A program made the translations under genes and the position numbers. From Camelus ferus (taxonomy: Eukaryota): 64,000 nt of DNA. This document shows, in pieces, positions 1 through 12,325 of this stretch. Each line of letters opens with the position of its first letter. Position 1 is the first letter of the stretch. The stretch is taken from positions 6,884,001-6,948,000 of the forward strand of contig NC_045697.1 in the NCBI RefSeq assembly GCF_009834535.1, read 5' to 3'. The notes below the pieces were generated by a model. It saw nothing but the letters and a program-made list of their open reading frames with translations, did not search any database and was not told the DNA's origin.

Positions 1-37
1 TTTACAAAATAGAAACAGATTCACAGACTTGGAAAAA

Positions 38-2323
38 ATTGATAAAATCCAATATTCATTCTTTTTAACAACACTCATAAAATTGGGATTAGAAGGGATT
101 GTCCTTAACCTGATAAAACGCATCTTTTAAAAAAATCTGCATCTAGTATCATACTTAATGGTGAAAGTCTGAATGCTTTACTCCCTACAACTGAGAATAC
201 CATTCTCATGCACAATCTTGCCATTTCTATTCAACATTGTACTCAAAGTTTAGTCCTTGCTACCACATAAGGAAATAAAGCATTTAAATTTAAATAAAAT
301 TAAATTAAGTAATTTTTTATTTGTTGATTATATGCTTATCTATGTAGAAATTTTAAAAATCTACAAAAATTAATAACTGAGTTTAGCAAGTTTGCAGGAC
401 ACAATGGTCAGTCTACAAAAATTAATTGTAGTTCTTCATCTTAGCAAGGAATGATACAAATTTGTACATCAGAAGCTACAAAATTCTGCTGTCAGAAATA
501 AAAGAAGACCCAACTAACTGGGGAGATACGCCATGCTCATGTGTAAGGAAATTCATATTAATACAAATGATGCTTCATAACTTGTTCTATGTATTTATTA
601 TAATATTAACCAATATGGCAAGATATATTTTTTGTAGAAATTGACAAATAGATTCCAAAATTTATATGGAAATGCAAACAACCTAAAATAGCAAAAGTTT
701 TGAAAAATAAGAACAAAGTTGGAAGGCAAACAATATTTTATTTCAAAATTTATCCAGTTCTTATTATAAAGCTAAAGTGTAGGTGTGTATAAAGTTTGAT
801 GAATAGATCGAATGGGACAGAATAAATAGTTCATAAATAGAGCTACACATTTTTGTTTTACAAAGTTGCAAAACCAGTTCAGTGGAGAAAAAGAAGTTTT
901 CAAAATATAGTACTGGAAAATTTAAATATACATACATAAAAAAGGTCCTTCAATCAATACTTCATATTATATACAAAAATTAAATCAAAGTATATCATAT
1001 ACCTAAATATAAAACATACACCTATAAAATTTCTAAAAGAAAAGATGAAATAAATCCTTTATAATCTTAGGTTATGCAAAGCTTTTGGATACTTTGTTTA
1101 AATTATACAGCTGACCCTTGAACAATGCAAGATCAATCTGTATGATCCACTAACACACTGGTTTTTTTCAGCCCTCAGTATGTTAAAGTACAGAATCCAC
1201 AGGTAAGAAGGGCTGACTATGGGACTTGAGCATCCATGGATTTTGGTATCTGCCACAGGTCCTAGAACCAATCTGCCACTGATACTGAGGGACATTTGTA
1301 ATCCATTAAAGAACAATTTGATAAATTGAAATTAATCAGAGGTAAAATCTCCTCTTTGAAAAATACTGATGAGGAAATAAGGCAAACCAAAGACTGGGAA
1401 CTTTCTTGCAAAGCAAATACCTGATAAAAATGTGTATTTTATATATATAAAGAGCTCCTAATACTCAGTAATATAAAACAACCCATTTTTTAAAAATGGT
1501 AAAAGACTGGAAAGACATTTTGCCAAAGAAGACATATGGCAAGTACATAAGCATATGAAAAGACGCTCAACATCGTTAGTCCCTAGGCAATGCAAATAAA
1601 ACCACTATGGGACACCACTATACACATTTCAAAGTTTCTAAAATTAAAAAAAGATTGATAATCTCAAGTGTTGACTTGGAACTCTCACGCATTACTGGTG
1701 GGAATGTAAAAGTGGAACAACCACTTTGGAAACAGTTTGACAGTTTCTTGAAAAGTTAAACATGACCCAGTCATTCCTGTACTGCACACTCAGCCAAAAG
1801 AAGTGGAAGTATACGTCTACATAAACACATGTACAGGAATGCCCATAGCGGCTTTATCTGCAATAGTTAAAAACTGGAAATGATCCAAAGTCCATCAACA
1901 AATTGGCATATTTATATAATAGGATCATACTCAGTAATAAAAAGTGATGAACTATTGATATATTCTGCAATAGGGATAAGTTCAAAATAACTATGCTGAG
2001 TGGAAGTAGAAAATACAGACCAAAAATGAATACATACTGGATAATTCTATTTACATAAAATTCTAGGAAATGCAAATTAATGAACAGTGATAGAAAGCAG
2101 ATTAGTGGCTACCTGAATATGGGGCAGAAGGCATAGAAGGGTAAATGTTGGAAAAAGAATTACAAAGGAGCCAAAGGAAACTGGAGATCATAAATGCTTC
2201 AGTGTTATGATTGTGGTGTAGGTTTCATACATACATAAGAACTAAACAAATTATACATCTAAATAAATGTGATTTACTGTATGTCAGTTATATCTCAATA
2301 AAGCTAGTAAAAAAAAAAAAAAA
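38..2323 (+). mobile_element. Old L1 (L1MC/L1MD-like): decayed ORF2 3' part, 3' UTR and poly(A); interrupted by a MER8-like element
   Basis: A-rich ORF2-like text (e.g. 'ccatttctattcaacattgtact', 'caaccactttggaaacagtttgacagtttctt'). 3' end 'tatatctcaataaagct' is followed by an A-tract at 2309-2323. Confidence 0.85.
1108..1298 (+). mobile_element. TcMar-Tigger MITE (MER8/Tigger2-derived)
   Basis: Starts CAGCTGACCCTTGAACAA, contains GGGACTTGAGCATCCATGGATTTTGGTATC and ends GATACTGAGGGACATTTG. TA flanks both sides (1106-1107, 1299-1300). Confidence 0.85.
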
Positions 2324-2492
2324 CCAACAACAAAACAAATGAGGTCAAACAGGAGAAGCAAGAGACAGATTATGCCCACCCCTGTGAGCCCTAGTGAGGA
2401 ATTTGAACTGAGCTCAAAATGCTGTAAAGAGGAAGGACTTCAATAGCTCTTACGAGTTAAAGTAAGTGAAACAATTTTTCCCCATCCTCAAA

Positions 2493-2680
2493 GCACAGTA
2501 CTAAGTGCTTTTGCTTAAATAATCTGTTTGTCTTTCTGACATCCCAGTAGTTACTACTTTTACTGATAAGGAGTCTGATGATTACAGGGAATTAAGTGAT
2601 TCTTCAAAGGACTAGGCACAGGTGCTGGGATTTGATTATGGCTTGTCTTGCTGCAAAATCCACTTATGCTCAACTACACA
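2493..2680 (-). mobile_element. MIR SINE fragment
   Basis: Reverse MIR core ('ttttactgataaggagtctga...ttaagtgattcttcaaagg...gctgggatttga'). Confidence 0.65.
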
Positions 2681-3284
2681 GAACATCCTATCCTAATGAG
2701 AAGGCGCTTGCATTCCAGAGGGAAAGATGAGGTGACTCCCCAATTGACTGTAACACAAGGTGGAATATGTCCGTGGTTATTTGAAGACATCGAGAAAGGG
2801 CTGTAAGAGATCAGTGGGAAAGAGTGAGAAGTATTCTGATGGAAGGAGGTGAGCTGGACAACAGGGAAGCTTCACAGAGCTGGTACACTTTTCGTGGATC
2901 TTCTGGAATAGGTAGGATATGAACAGCTCAAAGTGGGGAAGGAGACTTTCTTGGTGGACCAAACTGTGTAAGTAAGGCTACAGAAGGAAAAAAAAAAAAA
3001 AAAAACTTTTGGAGAAGAACACATCAGATTTTTGAGAAGGGCATACAAGAGTTAAGGACACTAGGGTAAAACATATTGTTTGGAAATTTAATTGAAGTCA
3101 GATAATTTGGTCTAACACAAAGCACAAAGCTAAATTATGTATTCACTGGATGAATGCCAAGTTAGTCTTGATGAATGCTGAATGTGCAAGGTTCTGGGTT
3201 CTAATGGTTGTCACAGAGCCACGGTTGCCCAAATACTGTTCTTGTCATAAGAATCTTTCATAAATTTATAGAGAATTAATGCTG

Positions 3285-3440
3285 TAAGACACTAATAAGT
3301 CTCCTAATTTAATCTTTTTTATGGAAACAATAATGGCTGAGAGAGGTGAAGTGACATGTCCAAAGTGAGTTAGTAGCAAAGATATACTTAAAGCCATGCA
3401 GAGATTTCCCAGACATGTTGTCTTTCTACTGCGTCCTACT
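3285..3440 (-). mobile_element. MIR (MIRb/c) fragment
   Basis: 'ggctgagagaggtgaagtgacatgtccaaagt' matches the reverse MIR core. Confidence 0.6.
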
Positions 3441-3959
3441 GCCAAGATTCCTCAGCCTATGGCCTTATCTTTCCTGAGTTTCCTCTACACAACTCTAATA
3501 ACAAGGAGTTAAAGATAGGAACATTTGATGGAGGTGAGATTATCACAGCAAACAACACTTTGTAGGAAACAGATTGATGCTGTGCTTGTGGGCAGACGTC
3601 TAAAAGTAGCCCATCTGGATTGCTGGATTGAGACTCTCTTAATATAAATAAAATTTTTATGTTGGAAAATGAACACAGTTCATTGTGAGCTTGAAGAGTG
3701 CCTAGGTGTTGAACAAAGAAATAAGAAATAAACTTGCAAACACAAGACACACAGGGCCAGATTCTTTCTATGGAATCATAGAAGTCACTGATAGGATGAG
3801 AAAAATGAATAAATGTGAACCCACGTTTTGACCAATTCATTCAGTGAGTGAATGTGTCACACACTCTGCTAAGGGCAGTGATAGCAGGTGTTAGAAAACT
3901 GTTGTTATTTCTTTCTGGTGAAGATTGTTCTCTACTTCTTTTTGTCCCTCTCATTACCT

Positions 3960-4449
3960 TTCTTTCTTTGCCCTGCCCCATTCTTGTGTGGTTTAGGTGA
4001 AACTGACAGTGGGGCTCCCTGTAGCTATTGGGGTGAGCAGTTCACTCACCTAGACCTGCCCCCAAACACAGTACCCTATCCTCCTAACCTCAGAGAGTTC
4101 CACGAGAGTGAGCATGAGATCCAGTCCTGGCCAATCAAAATCCTTCCCCGGGAATTTATATTTGGCCACTGGAGAAAGATGTTCTCTCTTTTCTTTTAGT
4201 TTATAAAGTCAGGCAGCCACTAGTTGGCAAAAGCTCATTTGAATTGTGAGTGAATAAAGCCAGTTCTCAGAAACAGAAGAACCAAAGACAAGATATGTCA
4301 AGTTCTGACAGCGTGAGTCCCCAGATGCAGGCATGCCTGAGTCAATTGCCACCCTAGTGCTTCCCACTCATGTGACCCAATATACTCCTTTTGGCATTTA
4401 AGCTAATTTGAACTCTGCTGCTTCAAAAGGAGGCATTCAGACTGATGCA
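3960..4449 (+). mobile_element. MaLR LTR (MLT1J/K-like)
   Basis: 'gagcatgagatccagtcctggccaatcaaaatccttcccc' and 3' part 'atgtgacccaata...tttaagctaatttgaact...agactgatgca'. Confidence 0.7.
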
Positions 4450-4469
4450 GTAACACAAAGGACAGGTTG

Positions 4470-5060
4470 TGAGCTTTCATTGTGTGCCAAGGTACATGCT
4501 GGGGAAGGAGCTGCAGAGATGAGTGTTATATGACCCTACCCTTGTGGAGGTCACAGCTAGTTTGTGGGAAGGTGTGCAACTCTATAATGGCAATGCTGTA
4601 GGATAATAACAATAGCAAAAATAAGTACCTGGAACCTGGAAAGAAGAAGAATAGGTCAAGAAAGTCATCCCAAACCTGGAGACACCAGAGCATGGTTTGT
4701 AATAATGTCCAGTTTATTGCTCTGAAGCAAAACTCCAGAGCAAATGCTTTTCAGATAGAAGGAGATTATCTGCAAAACGTGGGATTTAAAAGTAGCTTGG
4801 CACATCTGGGTACCTCTTAGAAGGATAGTATTGTCAGGGGGTAGTCACTAGAGATGAGACTGGGGATGGAGGGAGAAGCCAGATGGTGGAGAGCTTTGAT
4901 AGAATCCAGCCTACCAGCAAGGGTAAATGCTAAGGTGTTTTAAGCCATGGAAGAGTGATATGATCACTTGATTAAGGAAGACTTGCACATTCAGGATATA
5001 GGGCTATAATGCTTCTGGAAGATTACCAGTAGACCCAGAGGAATGATACAAGTCCAGGAA
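4470..5060 (-). mobile_element. L2 LINE fragment
   Basis: Reverse L2 3' region ('tgtgccaaggtacatgctgggga...ccctacccttgtggaggtcacagctag', 'gttttaagccatggaagagtgatatgatca'). Confidence 0.65.
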
Positions 5061-5394
5061 AGAATGTCAGCTGTAACTATAAACAGGTTTCTGTCAAAGT
5101 AGGAGCCTCAGCTACGGGCACCCATTGGAGAGCAAACTCCTCTGGTCCTTAGTACCAACAAAAGTACCTCATTGCCCAAATCATCATCTGATCTTGGAGA
5201 AGATCACATCAAACCTTCATGGGACCTCCCTTTACCATTCTCATGGTTTTCAAAGGACCATTTTTCTAGTACACTTTCCCTGCGTTGGCCCAGGAAGGCC
5301 TTAAGCTGGTCTCAAGTTTATACTTGCAACTTTTTTCCATATAGAGGGAAATTTTCCCCTGAGGCCTATGGGATCTATCCACTTTTTGACAATA

Positions 5395-5512
5395 TACCAT
5401 GAGGTTTAAGTTGCCAAGGAGCTGGAGCTGCATCTTACTTATCTCTGAATCCCAATGCTTAAATTCCTTACCCATAGGTAAATGTGTAGTAAATGTTTAC
5501 TGAACGGAATTG
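5395..5512 (+). mobile_element. L2 3' end
   Basis: 'cataggtaaatgtgtagtaaatgtttactgaacggaa' resembles the L2 terminus. Confidence 0.55.
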
Positions 5513-6804
5513 CTGGGCACACGCTTTCCCCACAATGAGGATACTCAGTGTATGAATTGCATACCTTCAATTTCCTGAAAATCTTGATGCATTATTTTGC
5601 CACTAATTATCCAGCAATCAGAGGTTTGGGTTTAATATTTTAAGAATCAGAATTTTAATGAGAAATGAAGTGTAAATATTTATGTCCAACAACATAGCTG
5701 CAATTAATCAGAGCTCTGGTGCCTGAGTGTCAGAGTTTCTAGGCGTTGTGGTCTCTAATTATATTCTCTAGGCTGTGTCTGTAGGCACAGACTATTTCTA
5801 TTCCCCCTTTTGTATGGCCCCATTTTTGCAAGTACAAAAGTTCAGGAATAAATATAGGGTCTAAATCAGTCCCCAAGAACCAACCTAGGATAAGTTTGCT
5901 GAATCCACATAAGACATCCTATTATATCACTGTTTTTTAAAGATTGACTCCCTATGCAGACCTGCTATCAATTTCTATGTATAATTGTCTAAGCAGGTAC
6001 ATGTCTTTTCAAACATCTGCTAATACTGGCAGGCCCTAAAATAAACCTCCACATTAGCAACTTGCACTTAAAAAAAGAAATTTATCCGGAAACATCTGCT
6101 GAGCTATTTTCTGTTTTCTCCTGCCCTCCCTCCCAGGTCTGTGGAAGCAGAGCGAGGTGAGCACGCAGCTTGAGACTTCCATTTCAAGAAAGGGAGGCTG
6201 AGTAGGGAAGTGGCTGTTTGGAAGAGGGAAAATAAAAACCGGAAATTGCTCAGGGAAAGAAATGGGGAAGAGGGTGGGATGACAGCCTGTTGGGGAGCAG
6301 ACACAGCTCTAGAAGTATAGGTGGAGCCCTGCGTGTACACCTCCACTCTGTCTCTTTCTGTCCGGGGAAGATTCAGGAAAGCAGCCTCACTCTGAGCCTC
6401 TGGGGCCACTTTTAAATGCTTATAATAATCACCAGTGTCAGAAATTCATCTTGCTGGCTTATCTAGTGTGATATATGTAAATGCACTTAGTATATATTGA
6501 CAGTCGATGCAAAGTGATTGAATCTATTCTTTATAGACAAGTTACAATTTCAAGGGAAGCAGTCAATGAGGTGATGAATTGAGATTCTCTCTCCAAAATC
6601 ACTCTGATATCGGGGCACTTGAAATGTTATTTGGCTCTTGTTCATTCAGTTACATTCTAATTCATGTGATAATGACCATGAAGGAGCACTTGAAAGACCC
6701 TAACACCATCGCTCATTACCTGCTTCAAGACCAAGTCCACCCTTCTATCCTTAGATGGAAACTCCTTGAGAGGAAAGAAAAACAACAACTGTGAATTTCA
6801 CATC

Positions 6805-6848
6805 TTTGTTTTGCTTTGTTTTGCTTTGTTTTGTTTGTTTGTTTTTTC
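6805..6848. repeat. (TTTGT/TTTGC)n simple repeat
   Basis: Directly visible. Confidence 0.85.
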
Positions 6849-7211
6849 CATTGGCTTTAACACAGAACCCTGAGCAAAGAGCGGTGCCCAGGAAAGCATA
6901 TTGAATCGAACCCAGTTGGATCAGAATATGATACAGCAGATGGAGAAATCACTCATTTGCAGCTTTGGTCTTTTCCATGGGTGCATGAGTTCTGGATATC
7001 CTGGGAAATCCCAGCACTTAAGAGTTCTTGAATACACACAAAACCCAGTTCTTTCTAAAATACAACTAGGTTTGGGGGACATTTTCAAGAAAATTTTAAT
7101 TGTTTTCCTAGTTTAATTTCAGACGTCACCTCCACTAGAAAGATTTGTTCAGACATTCAATCTCTCTTCTGTGTGTTTCTAGTACAGTTTACATGTCTGG
7201 ATATATTAATT

Positions 7212-7480
7212 ATAGTAGTTGTTACAGTAGATAAATTTTGAAATCTCAGTGCTTTATCCTGAGGAGAACTGTAATAATATGGATAAAGGATGATGGGGAG
7301 GGGTGGCCATCTTAGTGACCCAGGCTGGTACAGACTCTGGTTGTCAGCATGTAGCTTCCAAGGTCATTCAAGACATAGGTGTCCTCCAGGCAGGCGGGGG
7401 AAGAGAGATCATAAAAGAGCATGCATAAAGTTTTGATGGGTGTGGTCTGGAAGTAGCAGACATCACTTTTTTTTGGTGGG
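7212..7480 (-). mobile_element. MaLR LTR fragment (MLT1J/L-like)
   Basis: 'gaaatctcagtgcttta', 'gtgacccaggctg', 'ggtctggaagtagcagacatcacttt'. Confidence 0.55.
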
Positions 7481-7604
7481 GGGATTGTCTAGTTCACTGA
7501 ACAGAGGATACAGGAGTGGGCTTGAATATGCAGTCATAGCTCAGCTACCCAGGAGCAACTCTACACAGGCTTTACTGATCACATAATAAGGGCAGAATCT
7601 TATG

Positions 7605-7800
7605 GAAATTAAAAGTGTGTCTCCTGGAATATGACTGCTTGGCTTGCCTCCCAATTCTGTCTTATTCACTGATGGTTTCTTGATCTGTAAAATGGACATA
7701 ATAATAATTATTGGGAGAAAATCAATGAGTGAATATAGTCAAAGGGCTTCATATAGCATTGAGAATAGTGCAGGAACTCAACACATGTGCATTATTTAAA
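7605..7800 (+). mobile_element. MIR SINE
   Basis: 'gtttcttgatctgtaaaatggacataataata' core plus a 3' tail. Confidence 0.7.
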
Positions 7801-8678
7801 TAGCTTCCTGAAGTTAGCATCTAGTATGTGATACCCACTACTGTAGCACAGTTACCTGGATCCTTACCTAAGTCCTTCTTCTGAATCTGGTTTCTCATTT
7901 ATTCCTGTCCTTCTGTGAGCCACTTTCTTAACCAGTGTTGGTTACTGTTGCCTGCAATCAGAATTCCTTAGCTTACACTTTAGAGTACTATTTATTTATC
8001 TATGAAATTGTTATGAAGTAGGTAAAATCCATCTTAGCATTGATGTTCTAGCATCCCGATTCTCTTATTTAATTTTTTAAGCAACTGACATCTCGGATAG
8101 AGATAAAAAGATTGTTATACTTATGACAACTAATATAAGCATGCAGACTATTACAGCGAACTAGCCAGATGGCTGTTGTCTTATTATTTTTTTTGAAAAT
8201 GCTATTTTGTACTCCATGTTCACAAACACAGGTGATATGCAAATGTTACATTTGCTTTCTTTTGTTCTTCTTCAGGTCTCTAATCACACTTTCTAAGATT
8301 AATGTTTTTAAAATAGATCAGTTTAATGTTAATATAAGCGGCTGTTAGAAGTTTCACATGATGCCCTTAAGAACTGTATGTGGGAATGTGTATGCTTGTT
8401 TCTCCAACTCATTCATATACCCATTTCTTTAAATTATGCGACTTTTCAGTCTTTTGCAACATGGTCAGTCCAGTGAATTTCATTCAAACACTCCAGACAA
8501 ACTGAGACCTTTTTAACCGCTGGCCTCAGACCCCTCCTCTCTTCGCAGGTAATTACAAGCTACCCTGTAAATGTAATGACTCTTGATCTTTCCAGCCTGG
8601 TTTTAAAAGCCTTTATGTACATAGTGTTTTTTTTTGTTTTTTGTTTGTTTGTTTGTTTGTTTTCTGCAAGATTTTTTT

Positions 8679-9026
8679 TAACTTTTTTTTATTGATTTAT
8701 AATCATTTTACAATGTGTTAAATTCCAGTGTTCAGCACAATTTTTCAGTCATACATGGACATATACACCCTCATTGTCACATTTTTTTCTCTGTTAGTTA
8801 CCATAATGTTTTGTGTAAATTTCCCTGTGCTATACAGTATAATCTTGTTTATCTATTCTACAATTTTAAAATCCCAGTCTATCCCTTCCCACCCTCCGCC
8901 CTCCTGGCAACCACAAGTCTGTATTCTCTGTCTATGAGTCTATTTCTGTCCTGTATTTATGCTTTGTTTTTGTTTGTTTGTTTGTTTGTTTTTTAGATTC
9001 CACATATGAGCGATCTCATATAGTAT
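8679..9026 (-). mobile_element. Young 5'-truncated L1 (camelid-like 3' UTR) with TSD
   Basis: Poly(T) followed by reverse-complement L1 3' UTR. TSD CTGCAAGATTTTTTT (8664-8678) / CCGCAGGATTTTTTT (9027-9041). Confidence 0.9.
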
Positions 9027-9064
9027 CCGCAGGATTTTTTTGATCGTGACTTGTTGTGATTGTT

Positions 9065-9640
9065 GTTACCAGTTGAAACCATGCTGTTTCTCTCACTTAA
9101 CATTATGTCTGTGGGAGCTTTACACGTTAATACAGATTGACCTTGTTTTTTTAGAGACCGGGACTCCCTTATTAATAGACGTTATTAGATAGTTGCCTGA
9201 TGCTTTGCTATTCCACGCAATGCCACAATGATGGTCTTTATGCCTGATTTGCTAGGTCTCAAAGTGTTTCTCTGGGATACATACATAGAATCATAAATGC
9301 CATTCTAACCTCTGAATGGGCTCTGCACGTTGGTACATTTCCACCACAATGTAAGAGAGGCTCTGTTCCCCAACCCCTTGCTAAAAAATGGCTATTATTA
9401 AACTTTCCATTTTTGCCAAACTATTAGGTAAGGAATAGTATCTTGTTGTTTTAATACGCATTTCACTGGACTAGAATAGCTCTCCGTTTACTCCTTGATC
9501 TTTTGCAACCTTTGTCTATAACTTTCATGTTTGATTTTTCTATTGGGCTGTTTCTACGTTATTGATTTGTGGGAGTTATTTATGTATCTCTGACATAACT
9601 TCTTGCTTGCTACCTACATTGCAACAGTTTTCTTCTTTAC
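9065..9640 (-). mobile_element. Old L1 (L1ME-like) ORF2 end / 3' UTR
   Basis: 'tctctcacttaacattatgtc', 'tacatttccaccacaatgtaagagag', 'gatttttctattgggctgttt...ttgatttgtgggagttatttatgtat'. Confidence 0.75.
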
Positions 9641-10334
9641 AGTTTTCTACCCACCTTTGATTCTATCCGTCTCTGCCTTTGAATTCTTTGTTTGTCACTC
9701 GGCTCTTTGACTACCTGGTCTTCATGCTGACATCTATACTTGGCTCCACTTACCTCTGATGCCTGTGAACAATTTACAATTGCCTAGCTTTTGGCCTTGG
9801 AAGTGGCCTTTGGTGATGTCTTACCAATAGGTCATAGGTCTCCCCCTGGCTTTATACTGATTGGGTCTTTTTGGGCAACTGGTAGGCATATTGAATTTAA
9901 GACTTCATTCCTCCCAGGACCTGCGCTATGCTGAAGAGTATGCAGTGGATCACATAGTCTGTGTCTGCTATTTCCTTAGGCCAACTCCTTTCCTCTCCAC
10001 TCCAGACTTAAAAAGGAGAGGCTGATATTTGTGAGCAAATCACAATTAAAATACACTCTGTAATTATTATGACATAATTACTATCACTCCCTAAACAGCC
10101 ATAAGTCTTCACCATTGCTTCCAGTTTTCTAGAACAAGTTAATGTTCCTGTTTAAGTGAAGAAAGACAAACTAGAAGCCTGATGTTACAGTCAATGTCTC
10201 CTCTTCCTTCCCTCTCACAGCCCAGTGTGTATTAAAATCTGTCCATTCCAGCTACTAAACTATGGAACCCCGGATGTACAAAGTACAAAGCTACAAAAAT
10301 TTTGAGTGTTCAGGACAGAATCAGAAATAGGATG

Positions 10335-10560
10335 GTAGAGGTGAGGTACAGAAGGAAATCTGTATAGGCAGAGAGAATAATCAGAGCTTCGTAGGGCAGA
10401 AAAATGACTTTGAATTCAGTTCCAAATGAAATGGGAGCCACTGGAACACTTTAATTGGGGGAGAAATATGCTCAAATGTTTGTTTTCAAGAGATTATCAT
10501 GGCTTTTGAGTTAAGGCAGGATAATAGTGGAACAAAGATTTTGGAAGATATAAGGGCACA
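10335..10560 (-). mobile_element. L2 fragment
   Basis: 'gactttgaattcagttccaaatgaaatgggagccactggaacactttaa...tttgttttcaagagattatcatggct'. Confidence 0.7.
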
Positions 10561-11799
10561 AGGTTTGAAGGTGTGTTCAATGGAGAAAAGAGTGAGGATG
10601 CAATGATGTAATTATATTCAAATTTGTCCACCAACGTATCCACCACAGAAAATCAATGTCTTTGAGTTATTTTATCTTTATTGTTCTCTTTGAGTCATTT
10701 CATCTTCAGGTGTTTTTTTTTTTTTTTCTTTTCAACCATCAGCTAGAACCCTAAATTTTGCCATTTGTAGATATGTCCAAGGGTAAGGGTGTATTCAAGA
10801 ACAAAAAAGTAATCATTAGTTTTCATTTAAAAAATTCTATTAGGTTAATACTATATTGTTTAGACTCACTACTAGTATTTTGGCATAGGAGTAATTGATC
10901 CTGTCAACTTAATGGAAGTGATTCATAAGTGGAGGGAATTCCGGTCAATACAGCAAGGTCAAAGGATGATTAATTCAGCTATACCCTACATCATGCTTTT
11001 CAGTTTAAAAAATGAACTTATTTCAGATAAAATGGATTGGAGCAAAGTGAATTTTTATGTGAATTTTTCATACTGTTCTTGGAACTCTTTACTTTGCTAT
11101 TAGGGGGTCTGATCATGAACAAACTAGGCTATGCTTCTCTCACAGGCAGAATTCACTAGTTTTGTTTTCTTTTTCACAGTTTAGCAGGGTGGAATGACCT
11201 TATCCTTGGGGTGAAAAAAAGCTAAATATGCAAATATGCACACGCACACACATACACCCACTAACATCATTTACGTAAGATTCAATACCATGTAAATTTC
11301 TTATTTTGTCTAAGCATCCTTTTCCTTAGGGTATCTTTTAAATGAGGATAATTATCACTTATCTTCTTCAGTCACAGAGTCTTGAGATGATCCAATGAGC
11401 TTCATGGTTATAAAGATTATGGGATATAATTATCACTGATGTTGCTATTATTACACAACAAGACTAGATATGACGCAGCATCAGGATACAAACCTGTGCT
11501 ACATGAGGTGTGTTTCAAAAACGCTGCTCTGACAGGGCATTTTTCAGTATATTTTCTACAATAACCTGTCATGACTGTTGAACTTAATGCATTTCAAATT
11601 TTTCTTTTACTCAACTAATATTAGTTGAATGAGTGAATGATGCCACCAAATCATGTCAATGTGACTTTAATCCTTAACAACGTTCCTTAATTTTATCCAC
11701 TCTTTTTCTTCCCATGACCTCGACTCTCCATCTCCTACTCTGACTGACTCAGTACCCTCTTCACCAATCTTTCTTTCACCCAATCTTGCACTCTCTCTT

Positions 11800-12325
11800 C
11801 CCAGAGAACATACTGTATAGAGTTGCCCAAAAGGTTTATCACAAATATATCTCATCTGTCGCCCCCTCTGGTCACATATCTTCCACAGCTTCTGCAGTAT
11901 GACAAGCATCTAGCTCCCTGACATGGCTTGTAAACCCTCTACTGAGCTAACCAGTCTGAATGGTCCATGGCTGAGATAGGCCAGGTTATTTTAACCTGCA
12001 GTGCAGTTACACCTGCTACTTCTCCTTGTTTGGAATGTCCTTTCTTCACCCTTTACCAGTCTGATCCTTATTCCTTAATGGCCCAGTTCTGAAATAACCT
12101 AGATGATGTATTTCGTGGCCTCTCCCCTTTGAGTCATCAACCATCCCCTCCACTTAGCTATTTGTGTACTTTGTATGTAACTCTGTCCTTTCATTGATCT
12201 TGCTGTGTCACAACTCTCCGAGGACAACATGAGATTTAGGATCTCAGGGTCCACGCACTGCATCTACCTTGGAACTCAGTCACATGCCTGGCATCAGGCA
12301 CTCAAAAATTCTGGTGAACTGATTC
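11800..12325 (+). mobile_element. L2 3' region
   Basis: 'ctccctgacatggcttgtaaaccct', 'ttggaatgtcctttct', ending 'tgcctggcatcaggcactcaaaaattctggtgaactga'. Confidence 0.7.

Noticed and set aside
11856..11874. CTCF-like motif (reverse strand CCAGAGGGGGCGAC); also 18296-18312 and 18455-18470
   Set aside because: Spacing or the 5' CC does not fit the core consensus, and all lie within old repeats.
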